From: Candidatus Peribacteria bacterium | GTDB taxonomy: Bacteria > Patescibacteriota > Gracilibacteria > Peribacterales > Peribacteraceae | DNA: 45,038 nucleotides | Reading direction: 5' to 3' | Assembly (NCBI GenBank): GCA_009691305.1 | Contig: SICS01000002.1 | Coordinates: forward strand, 1 to 45,038 | Part shown: positions 26,201-33,323 of the stretch, one piece after another | How positions within the stretch are numbered: the stretch's first letter is position 1 | Layout of the letters: the number at the start of each line of letters is the position of its first letter | Notes under the pieces: generated by a model | What the model was told of the DNA's origin: nothing | The model's input: the letters and a program-made list of their open reading frames with translations, nothing else | Database searches by the model: none | Program-made: the position numbers and the translations under genes

Positions 26201-27544
26201 AGCCTTTCCGGCATCAAGCTGAACGGCACCTGCAGCGCCAGCTGTGATATCACCGTTACGACGGTGACGACGCAGGTCTGGACGCTCGTCAGCCAGGGTG
26301 ACCTCTACGTCACGCTGGACACGACTCCGGTCCGCAACAGACAGCTTCTCGGTGGGACCCTCGCGGATTCGATCTTCCGCTTGAACTTCCACTCTGAGAA
26401 CGAAGACATCGATGTCACGGACATCCAGCTCAACTCCTCTGGTACGTTGGCTGGCTCCGTTGACCGTCTTGAGCTCTACAAGGAAGGTGCAACGACGCCG
26501 TTCGGCTCCGCCACCATTGGTGGATGTGGATCTGACCGCACTCGTTCCCTCCAGGTCAACGTCGCTACGAGCTCCGGCTCCCGCGCCTTCTGTTTGAAGA
26601 TGCAGACCCGCCAGCTTGTCGTCTCCAAGGGCACGGACGTGAAAGTCCTCGTCAAGCCCCGCATGAAGACGGACGTTGACGGTGCAATTTCCGGTACTGG
26701 CGTCACCTTCTTCCTCGTCAGTGATTCCGCATCGGACAACTCCTCGGGTTCCGGCGCTATCCGCGCTCGTGGCGACCAGTCCAGCAACAGCCTCGGCCGC
26801 AACGATGGTGACAGCACCAACGAAGGTGAAGTCTTCATCGGCATCGCCACTGCTTCCACGAACGGAGGCAACGGCGCCGGCATCAACCGCAGCATTGTTG
26901 GTAGCAAGAACTTCACGGTGCTCAGCAAGATCCAGACGATCGCCAACGCCAACCCCGATGCAAACGGCACCAACGTGCCGACCGGAGTTGCGGACATCGG
27001 TCAGTTTAAGATCTCCGCTGCACCAAACGGCAACTCGAAGAACGGCTTGAACAAAGTCGTCCTCTCCGGCGTTGTGTTCAACGTCAACGCTACGAACGTC
27101 TTGCTCGACGGTTCCACCTTCAAGTTCTACAACAAGTCGAACTCCACGGTGACCCGCACATGCACGGCGTATAACCAGACGACTGGTGTCGCCATCGCGT
27201 CCACCACGACGTCAGGCTCGTTCGTCGTCTCCTGCACGTTCTTGAACAAGACGGCAGTGACGCTCGTGAACACCACGATCGACCAGGGTTCGGATCAGAC
27301 GTTCGTGCTCCAGGCCAACGTCACCAACCCGAAGGTCAGCAGCACGTCCACGTCCACGCTGCAGGTCCAGCTTGTCAACTTCGACTCGTCTGCACTCACC
27401 TCCTTCGGTACGGCCTCCACTTCGAGCCACTTCGAATGGGTTGATAGCGACAGTGCTACGGTTGCATCAGCTACGACCTCCTCCGTCTTCCGCTGGGTTG
27501 AGTACCCAGAGACAACGATCAAGTCCACGAGCTACCAGGGTTAA
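23258..27544 (+). CDS. S-layer-type surface protein: signal peptide, three SLH domains, Ig-like and beta-rich repeats (~1428 aa)
   Basis: Signal peptide MDISRFKKVLAGVSATAIMLTQMGTAIAA. Three SLH-like modules (YSDVASGVWFEEAVNAF...NRAEYVKLLV; FDDVKSSAWFYAYMEEA...NRAEAAALIVRAF; FVDNPSGQWYTESIQTA...NRAEMVVMLYRV). The rest is a long Thr/Ser/Gly/Val/Asn-rich sequence, nearly Cys-free. Confidence 0.85.
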   Translation: MDISRFKKVLAGVSATAIMLTQMGTAIAAYSDVASGVWFEEAVNAFTSDGILDKSQPRFRGGENANRAEYVKLLVMLNGGLLSTPPAVASFDDVKSSAWFYAYMEEAGKEQWVRGDGNCYGSHPCYARPGANINRAEAAALIVRAFGLEATGAAPQFVDNPSGQWYTESIQTAADHCVLQGDDSTGRVRPSDNMNRAEMVVMLYRVDQGLTYGTDCGMGGPSASAGISGAKATSSSMVEVEFNTSMDKMSAETASHYAVTGASPAVSVSSAKLVSSDTVELTLSGQLSGGNEYTVTATDVKASDGTVFSDSTSFNGYTALPTSNSTLQVALSSKNPVGDTLPQGAVGVTMASMDITASCDDAAAITDLTILHEGFGANTDIDGVYATVNGARISRKRTIDSKDQTATVHLSTPLEIAACKTVTVDITADFSSTAITSAEHNLAVELPSDVLSNAKQVTGNFPLRGSTFKVAAVRSGRVSIAYRTVSPTEVEVGNKGVVVGKFEVSTDSTEDQTIYSMTVEQNGTIHDGDMSNMKIRRSDGTVLSNTVESTVGDFATFVFDPPFTILEGDKMNMDIIADINGGAGDTIKIHFEETSDIFAVGSLYGYGVNGQLYGSRIALATETTTLPATVTVDAGEFTVEIDGPTQQSYTRDQNEAVLANVIFTTGGERINVRKLFVLVQGATSSGGTLNSNGGTSYDDISEVLENVQLRNKATGRSIDGVRITDTGASGQTSSVGTYQIYRFDDFTINGKETYEIRVDFIDNGTGNNPKGGDTFRVHICGEPTEISSVANTTGCAFGGHLSSTITSFQMQIEGLSTGDKVSDVRPRGTITGNSQRIADASLTIAVRATGTSDTAVKNSKNINMVRFETRAGEAKDILLTKLIFNSATGVTVLQSGQNYTLWVDTDGDGKVDTVLQKGVTSQASKITFSELTGGGFVIPKEKTVVFELHSDIAASLPSDEIQLKFSTADTFVEAETVDRGSSLSGIKLNGTCSASCDITVTTVTTQVWTLVSQGDLYVTLDTTPVRNRQLLGGTLADSIFRLNFHSENEDIDVTDIQLNSSGTLAGSVDRLELYKEGATTPFGSATIGGCGSDRTRSLQVNVATSSGSRAFCLKMQTRQLVVSKGTDVKVLVKPRMKTDVDGAISGTGVTFFLVSDSASDNSSGSGAIRARGDQSSNSLGRNDGDSTNEGEVFIGIATASTNGGNGAGINRSIVGSKNFTVLSKIQTIANANPDANGTNVPTGVADIGQFKISAAPNGNSKNGLNKVVLSGVVFNVNATNVLLDGSTFKFYNKSNSTVTRTCTAYNQTTGVAIASTTTSGSFVVSCTFLNKTAVTLVNTTIDQGSDQTFVLQANVTNPKVSSTSTSTLQVQLVNFDSSALTSFGTASTSSHFEWVDSDSATVASATTSSVFRWVEYPETTIKSTSYQG

Positions 27545-27587
27545 TACCCAGATCGTTTGTTCTCCTGACTTCGCATAGTCACCAATG

Positions 27588-27614
27588 GCCCCTCTCGAAA
27601 GAGAGGGGCTTTTT
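27588..27614 (+). terminator. rho-independent terminator of the S-layer gene
   Basis: GCCCCTCTC-GAAA-GAGAGGGGC followed by TTTTT. Confidence 0.8.
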
Positions 27615-27616
27615 GG

Positions 27617-27716
27617 TATCTCGATACGTTCGTGGCTCCGCCACGAACTACTCGATATGACAGGTGCTGTCATCCCGAGTAGCCCGCAGCGGAGCTGCGG
27701 GCGTAACGAGGGATCA
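27617..27716. repeat. REP-like elements, inverted doublet (copies 2 and 3; REPIN-like)
   Basis: Reverse copy at 27617-27662 and forward copy at 27668-27716 (TGTCATCCCGAGTAGC-CCGCAGC-GGA-GCTGCGG-GCGTAACGAGGGATCA), head to head. The FemAB-type gene stop (TCA 27714-27716 on plus) lies in the last 3 nt of the forward copy. Confidence 0.75.
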
Positions 27717-28712
27717 TCCCAGGAGTTTTCTCTTCATTCGAAGCAGAGTTTTTGTGACGGGACGCAGAATGATTTCCTGCTCCGGGGGATACGTGATGAC
27801 CGAGCCGCCGAACTTGGCTTTGAATTCGCTGACGCTGGCCCAGGGGTGTTTTTTTAGTGGAGACGGCGACGTCTCCGCTTGGGGGGCGATGCCGAACAGG
27901 TCGTAGGAGGTGCAGCCGTGGGATCGGCAATACTTTATGGCTTCCCACTGCAGTAAATACGGAGCCATGAGCTCCCTGTGGGCGTTGGAGGAGGCGCCAT
28001 AGTAATACGTGGCCTGCGTGCCCCAGACGACGCCCAGGAGCCCTGCCACATGCGTCTTTTGGGCGGTCATGGCCAGCATCAGGAAGCTGCCGGGCAAACC
28101 CCTCAGGAAGTGCTCGTAGAAGGCTGCCTTGTGGCCGCGGAAGCTGTCCCTGCGTGCCGTCTCTTCTCCTAGGCGGGCATAGGCCTCGGTGTCATCCGAT
28201 TGCTCGACATCGATACCATGTTTTTCGGCCAGCCGGATGTTATAGCGGCCCTTGGGTTTCATTTGGGCGAGCAGTGCCTCATCATTCAGTGTTAGATCAA
28301 GAATCCGAGTCGCTTCAGGCATGACGAATCGGCCTGAGTTGCGAATTTCGGATTTCGGATTTCGGAAAGGTAGATGTGGTGAAAAATGAATAGTGAGAGC
28401 GCCATTCTCTTTTGCATCTGCAATGATTCTTTCTATAAAATCCGTAATCCGTAATCCGTAATCCGTAATCATAAGCGGTCCGCGCGGTATCTCCCACGTA
28501 CTCAGTCCAAGACTCGTCCTATCAATCACCACGAGAGCGGAGGCCATGATCTGCTCAGCATCCATCTGCGCATAAATCCGCACCTCGCGCTGAAGAGCTT
28601 TCTGAAATTGGCTCCATTCCAGCGACTGCCACAATGAACCTTCGGGGTGCGTCTTGATCCACTGATCATAGGCATGCAAATCCTCCGGCGATGTAAGGCA
28701 ACGAATATCCAT
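27714..28712 (-). CDS. FemAB-family peptidoglycan interpeptide-bridge (aminoacyl-tRNA-dependent) transferase
   Basis: [81 protein letters not shown] are family hallmarks. Confidence 0.85.
   Translation of the reverse strand: MDIRCLTSPEDLHAYDQWIKTHPEGSLWQSLEWSQFQKALQREVRIYAQMDAEQIMASALVVIDRTSLGLSTWEIPRGPLMITDYGLRITDFIERIIADAKENGALTIHFSPHLPFRNPKSEIRNSGRFVMPEATRILDLTLNDEALLAQMKPKGRYNIRLAEKHGIDVEQSDDTEAYARLGEETARRDSFRGHKAAFYEHFLRGLPGSFLMLAMTAQKTHVAGLLGVVWGTQATYYYGASSNAHRELMAPYLLQWEAIKYCRSHGCTSYDLFGIAPQAETSPSPLKKHPWASVSEFKAKFGGSVITYPPEQEIILRPVTKTLLRMKRKLLG
28342..28470. repeat. inverted CGGATTN heptamer arrays inside the FemAB-type coding sequence, read through in frame
   Basis: Plus strand CGAATTT-CGGATTT-CGGATTT-CGGAAAG (28342-28369). 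Minus strand CGGATTA x3 plus CGGATTT (28438-28465). Translated as [11 protein letters not shown] and [10 protein letters not shown] in the track protein. Confidence 0.8.
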
Positions 28713-28735
28713 ACGTCGTAGAGTATACTCACCCT

Positions 28736-29338
28736 ATGCCCTACACCCTCCCTGCCCTTCCCTACGGCTTCGATGCCCTGGAGCCGCATATTGATGCGAA
28801 GACGATGGAAATTCACCACACCAAGCACCATCAGGCGTACGTGGATAAGGTGAACAAGGCGCTGGAGGGAACCGAGTGGGCGGAGAAGGGGATTGAAGAG
28901 GTCCTGCAGGCCCTGGATAAGCTCCCCGCCGACAAGAAGAAGCCGGTGCAGAACAATGGAGGCGGGCATTACAACCACAGTCTGTTCTGGAGCATCATGG
29001 CTCCGAATGCCGGGGGCAAGCCGTCCGGAGATCTCGCGAAGGCCATTGATGAGGCGTTCGGTTCCTTTGAGGAATTCCAGAAGAAGTTCGAAGAGACGGC
29101 GACCAACCAGTTCGGGTCCGGATGGGCGTGGTTATACGTCGATGATAAGAAGCTCTTCCTCAAAGGCTATCCCAACCAGGACTCCCCGATCATGGAGGGC
29201 AAGACGCCAATCTTCGGCGTCGATGTGTGGGAGCACGCGTACTACCTCAAGTATCAGAATAAGCGCCCCGATTACCTCAAAGCGTTCTGGAATGTCGTGA
29301 ATTGGAAAGAAGTTGAACGACGATTCGCGGAAGCCTGA
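28736..29338 (+). CDS. sodA: Fe/Mn-family superoxide dismutase
   Basis: [32 protein letters not shown] and [18 protein letters not shown] motifs. Metal specificity (Fe versus Mn) cannot be decided by eye. Confidence 0.93.
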   Translation: MPYTLPALPYGFDALEPHIDAKTMEIHHTKHHQAYVDKVNKALEGTEWAEKGIEEVLQALDKLPADKKKPVQNNGGGHYNHSLFWSIMAPNAGGKPSGDLAKAIDEAFGSFEEFQKKFEETATNQFGSGWAWLYVDDKKLFLKGYPNQDSPIMEGKTPIFGVDVWEHAYYLKYQNKRPDYLKAFWNVVNWKEVERRFAEA

Positions 29339-29347
29339 ATCTACGAG

Positions 29348-29372
29348 CCACCCTGAGCTTGTCGAAGGGTGG
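29348..29372. repeat. short hairpin CCACCCTGAGCTTGTCGAAGGGTGG (possible terminator or REP variant)
   Basis: 6-bp stem CCACCC/GGGTGG just after the sod stop. The CACCCTGAG flank resembles the REP 5' flank CATCCCGAG. Confidence 0.35.
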
Positions 29373-29496
29373 AACATTGTGAATTGGGAGGAGGTCGCGC
29401 GTAGGGCGAAAGAGGCATGTTAAAGGCTCCAGGAAGCCAAAAAAACAGGATTCAGGAGTTTTCCTAGGCCTGTAATTTGAGTCCTGAAACCTTTTC

Positions 29497-31032
29497 CTAC
29501 TTTCCATTTCTATTCTTGTTTTTTCCGTTCGTGTGCAGCTGCCGTTCGATCGTCTCAAAAGCACTCTGCATGCGGCCGCCGTTTTTCTTTTCGAACTTCG
29601 TCATGCCGCCGCCCTTCCAGATCTTGTCGATGTTCACGCGGTAAAGGTTGTTGTACTTCTCCAGTTCGTTGGGTCCCGCCATCTTGAGCACGTCGAGCTC
29701 GGGCGCGAACATTTCGGAGTACCGGTCACGGCGGCGGATCAGTCGGGTCGTCCCGTCCGGCGCGATCATGATCATGGCGGCGCGGCGGATGGTGTTGAAG
29801 TTATTGGCCATCACCTGTGCGTAGCCGCCAACGTCCATCACCGCGAGGAGGTCGCCGGCACGCAACTTGGGCATGTCGATGTTCTGGACGATCAGGTCCC
29901 AACAGTCGCAGGTGTTGCCTGCGATGGTAACCGAGTGGATGCGCGGGAAATTTAACTTGGAGGCGGGCAGGACGTCGTAGCTCACGTCCGTCTGCACAAG
30001 CGCGTCGGGGATGAAGTTGTATGAGGAGCCGTCCGCGATCACCACGCGGTTCTTGGCACCCAGGCGCTTGCGAGAGATTGCCTTCATCAATCCGATGCCG
30101 GCGTTGAGGACGATGCTCTTCCCTGGTTCAAAAATCAGCTGTACGGGATGGTCGATGCCGTGGCGGTCCAGCAGGCTCTGGAAATACTTGGGGAAGTCGC
30201 GCATTTCCTCGATGGGGAACGCGTGCTGGTCGCCGATTGCTGCGGGGAATCCTCCGCCCAGGTCCAAGCGGCGGACGCGTACGCCGCGGTCTTGGCAGCG
30301 GCGGATGAGTTTGACGAAGGTGCGGGCGGCGGCTTTCAGTACTTTGGGGTGGTACACATAGCCGCCCATGAAGTGGAAACCCTGAAAGTCCACATATGGG
30401 CTTTGCACAGCCAAATCTACAGCTCGCTCAGCGTAGCCGATGGGGATACCGTACTTGTTCTTGCGCGTCGACCACGTGCCGATCTGCAGCATCGGGTTGA
30501 TGCGGATCATTGTGTCGATGTGCTTGCGCAGTTTCCTGGCGGTGTTGGCGATGTGCTCGATGTCCTCCAGCGAGTCGGCGGTGATCGCCTGGATGCCCAT
30601 CTTGGCGGCGAAGAAGAGATCCTGCTCGGTCTTGAAGAGGTTCGTGAACGTGAGCTGCTTCGGCTTGAAGTCCGCAAGCAGTCCAAGAATCAGTTCCCCG
30701 ACGCTGGAGCAGTCAAGGTCGAAACCTTCCTCGCGGACGATGCGGAGGATCTCCAGGTTGCTGGCGCATTTCACCGCGTATTGGAGGCTGATCTGGTTCC
30801 CGAACACCTTCTTAAAACGCCTGCAGCGGTTGCGGATTTCGCTCTCCACCATCACATACAGCGGCGTCCCATACTTATGCACGATGTCATCCACACGCAC
30901 GCCTTCTATCATCATCATTCCATCCTTGGTTTGTGTCAGGAAATTTCCCCAACGGTCACGCATGTACCGTGTGTTAACCGGCTGACCGGTGGTGTGGCGC
31001 TTCTTGAGAAGATCCAGTGGACGTTTACCCAT
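29497..31032 (-). CDS. PLP-dependent group IV (Orn/DAP/Arg) decarboxylase, probable arginine decarboxylase
   Basis: GTPLYVMVESEI, YAVKCASNLEILR (PLP Lys region), LDLGGGFP, EPGKSIV and GNTCDCWD motifs of the alanine-racemase-fold decarboxylases. The substrate is inferred only from the adjacent aguA/aguB genes. Confidence 0.8.
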   Translation of the reverse strand: MGKRPLDLLKKRHTTGQPVNTRYMRDRWGNFLTQTKDGMMMIEGVRVDDIVHKYGTPLYVMVESEIRNRCRRFKKVFGNQISLQYAVKCASNLEILRIVREEGFDLDCSSVGELILGLLADFKPKQLTFTNLFKTEQDLFFAAKMGIQAITADSLEDIEHIANTARKLRKHIDTMIRINPMLQIGTWSTRKNKYGIPIGYAERAVDLAVQSPYVDFQGFHFMGGYVYHPKVLKAAARTFVKLIRRCQDRGVRVRRLDLGGGFPAAIGDQHAFPIEEMRDFPKYFQSLLDRHGIDHPVQLIFEPGKSIVLNAGIGLMKAISRKRLGAKNRVVIADGSSYNFIPDALVQTDVSYDVLPASKLNFPRIHSVTIAGNTCDCWDLIVQNIDMPKLRAGDLLAVMDVGGYAQVMANNFNTIRRAAMIMIAPDGTTRLIRRRDRYSEMFAPELDVLKMAGPNELEKYNNLYRVNIDKIWKGGGMTKFEKKNGGRMQSAFETIERQLHTNGKNKNRNGK

Positions 31033-31086
31033 TTCTTGAAAAATGAAACAGAGCCGAAGTATAGACAGTCACGCTCGCGTGTAAAG

Positions 31087-31193
31087 TCCCTCGTTACGAA
31101 ATCTGCTCCGCAGCTTTCTACTCGGGATGACATTTCGACTTGAATGTCATTCCGAGTAGCTCGCGGGGGATCCGCGAGCGTAACGAGGAATCA
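31087..31193. repeat. REP-like elements, inverted doublet (copies 4 and 5; REPIN-like)
   Basis: Reverse copy at 31087-31132 and forward copy at 31145-31193 (TGTCATTCCGAGTAGC-TCGCGGG-GGA-TCCGCGA-GCGTAACGAGGAATCA). The stop of the DHS-like gene (31191-31193) is the terminal TCA of the forward copy. Confidence 0.75.
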
Positions 31194-32288
31194 CAAATCG
31201 AGAAGAACTGCGGCGATCCACGGGAACGCGACGGTGACATCAGACTGGATGATCTGGAAGTAGCTCTCCGTGGAGAGCTTGTCCCAGGTGATCTTCTCTT
31301 TGCCGCCTGCGCCGGAGTACGAGCCGTACGACATCGGCGACGAGCCGATCTCGATGAAACCCGCCCAGTCGCGGATTTTGCCGTGCAGCTGCAGATCGTG
31401 CTTGAGGGAGGGGACGATGCAGATGGGGAAGTCGGCGGCGATTCCTCCTCCTAATTGAAGAAACGCGATCGGCGCGTCTTTTGCTTCTTCCATGTACCAG
31501 TCGTACATCCAGGTGAAGTACTCGAGCCCTCCTTTCATGATGGTCGGATCGAGCAGCGGATCTTTGTTCTTCCGCCACTTTCCGCCGTAGGTGTAGCTCG
31601 CGAAGATATTGCCCATCGTGGAATCTTCAAAGCCCGGGATCACAATCGGGATGTTCTTTTCGTAGGCTGCGAGTGCCCAGCAATCATCCGGGTTCGCCAT
31701 CGGATCGGGCTTGATCAGTTTCTCCTTAAAGAGGCGACGGAAGTATTCGTGCGGAAAGTACCGCTCTCCTTTCTTTTGTGCCTCTTTCCACATCTTCAAA
31801 AGGTGAGGCTCCATGATGCGAACGCTTTCGTCTTCGGGCAGGAACGTGTCGGTAATGCGGCGCAGTCCCGTATCGCGCAGCTCGGCCTCCTGATCCGGCG
31901 TCAGTTCCGTGTAGCGGGGGATATAGGCGTAGTGCGAGTGGGCGACGTAGCGGTAATAGGACTCCTCGTGATTTGCGGCAGTGCACGATACGAGGTGCAC
32001 TTTGTTTTTCCGGATGAGCTCAGCGAGCGTCACACCAATCTGGAACGAACTCAGCGCTCCGGCAATCGTCACGACAAGCTTCCCTCCATTCTTCAGATGT
32101 TCCTTCAGCCACAGGGCCGACTGGAGCGTCGAGCCGCCGTTACAGTGGCGCAGTGTGCGCTCGGCAAACGCGGAGACAGGAGTTTTGCTCTTGTGGACGC
32201 CATCGGTTACCGTGCCCAGTTTCGACAAATCATTCTCCGGGATAATGAATTTTTTCAGGGCGGGGGAAAGCTGATCGAATTGTTTCAT
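31191..32288 (-). CDS. deoxyhypusine synthase-family protein (bacterial homospermidine synthase-like)
   Basis: DHS-family features (VVTIAGALSSFQIGVTLAELIRKNKVHLVSCTAANHEE, FLQLGGGIAADFPICIVP). Start taken at MKQFDQ (32288). Confidence 0.8.
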   Translation of the reverse strand: MKQFDQLSPALKKFIIPENDLSKLGTVTDGVHKSKTPVSAFAERTLRHCNGGSTLQSALWLKEHLKNGGKLVVTIAGALSSFQIGVTLAELIRKNKVHLVSCTAANHEESYYRYVAHSHYAYIPRYTELTPDQEAELRDTGLRRITDTFLPEDESVRIMEPHLLKMWKEAQKKGERYFPHEYFRRLFKEKLIKPDPMANPDDCWALAAYEKNIPIVIPGFEDSTMGNIFASYTYGGKWRKNKDPLLDPTIMKGGLEYFTWMYDWYMEEAKDAPIAFLQLGGGIAADFPICIVPSLKHDLQLHGKIRDWAGFIEIGSSPMSYGSYSGAGGKEKITWDKLSTESYFQIIQSDVTVAFPWIAAVLLDL

Positions 32289-32367
32289 AGGTAACAGGGG
32301 CGGATGAACAAATCGCATTCTAGGGAAATTCCCCACATGCTCCAGCAATTTTTGCTATGTTTCCCCT

Positions 32368-33231
32368 ATGTCCAAAAAAGTCACTATCGGCCTCGTACAG
32401 ATGTCCATGGAACATCATCCAGCCGGTAATCTGGAGTATGCCATCGAGATGGTCGCCAAAGCGGCGGACAAAGGCGCGCAGATCGTGTGTCTGCCTGAGC
32501 TCTTCCAGAGCCCGTACTTCTGCCAGAAGAAGGATGACAAAAGCGCATTCGATCTCGCAGAGCCAATCCCCGGCCCTGCAACTAAAGCGCTTTCCGAAGC
32601 GGCAAAGAAGCACAAGATCGTCCTCGTCGGTGGATCGATCTTCGAGAAGACAAAAGAGGGGACGTACTACAACACCACGCCGGTCTTCGATACCGACGGC
32701 TCGCTCCTCGGAACCTATAGGAAGACGCATATTCCCGAAGACATCCTCTATCACGAAAAACAGTACTTCAGTCCCGGCGATACCGGCATCAAGGTCTTCA
32801 AAACGAAATATGGGAAGATCTGCCCGCTGATCTGCTATGACCAGTGGTTTCCGGAAGCCGCGCGCCTCGCCACGCTCCAGGGTGCCGAGATCCTCATTTA
32901 CCCCACCGCGATCGGTGTCATCGATTCCGCAGTCGAAGAGAACATCACGGGAGACTGGGAGCAGATGTGGCGGAACGTGATGCTCGGGCATGCGGCGGCG
33001 AACAACGTCTACGTGTGCGGCCTCAATCGGGTGGGCACCGAAGGCGCCATCACCTTCTGGGGCGGCTCCTTTATAGCGGCGCCGAGCAGCGAGGTCCTCG
33101 CGAAGGCGGGTAATAAGGAGGAGATCATCCTGGCGGTATGTGATCTTGACCGGGTGAAGGCGATACAGGAGGCTTGGATGTTTTTGAAGAATAGGAGACC
33201 GGAGGTTTATGACGGACTTACGAAGCACTAA
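32368..33231 (+). CDS. aguB: N-carbamoylputrescine amidase (carbon-nitrogen hydrolase family)
   Basis: Nitrilase-superfamily Glu/Lys/Cys blocks (IVCLPELF, YRKTHIP, ICYDQWFPE). Adjacent to agmatine deiminase. Confidence 0.85.
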   Translation: MSKKVTIGLVQMSMEHHPAGNLEYAIEMVAKAADKGAQIVCLPELFQSPYFCQKKDDKSAFDLAEPIPGPATKALSEAAKKHKIVLVGGSIFEKTKEGTYYNTTPVFDTDGSLLGTYRKTHIPEDILYHEKQYFSPGDTGIKVFKTKYGKICPLICYDQWFPEAARLATLQGAEILIYPTAIGVIDSAVEENITGDWEQMWRNVMLGHAAANNVYVCGLNRVGTEGAITFWGGSFIAAPSSEVLAKAGNKEEIILAVCDLDRVKAIQEAWMFLKNRRPEVYDGLTKH

Positions 33232-33316
33232 GCACTAAACTCTAAGCCCTAAACAATATCTCAATTCCCAATGAAAAAAATTGTTTAGGATTTAGTACTT
33301 AGGATTTAGAATTTCG
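33221..33316. repeat. gene-less hairpin made of inverted heptamer arrays (CTAANNN units)
   Basis: Left arm CGAAGCA-CTAAGCA-CTAAACT-CTAAGCC-CTAAACA (33221-33255), 26-nt loop. Right arm on minus CGAAATT-CTAAATC-CTAAGTA-CTAAATC-CTAAACA (33282-33316). The aguB stop lies in the left arm. Confidence 0.8.
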
Positions 33317-33323
33317 CCTGACT

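Noticed and set aside
27668-27716. The REP-like hairpin as a hammerhead or other small self-cleaving ribozyme.
   Set aside because: The flanks CCGAGTAGC and GCGTAACGAGG superficially recall CUGAUGA ... GAAA. The hammerhead core nucleotides and three-stem junction are not present, and I see no twister, pistol or hatchet signatures.
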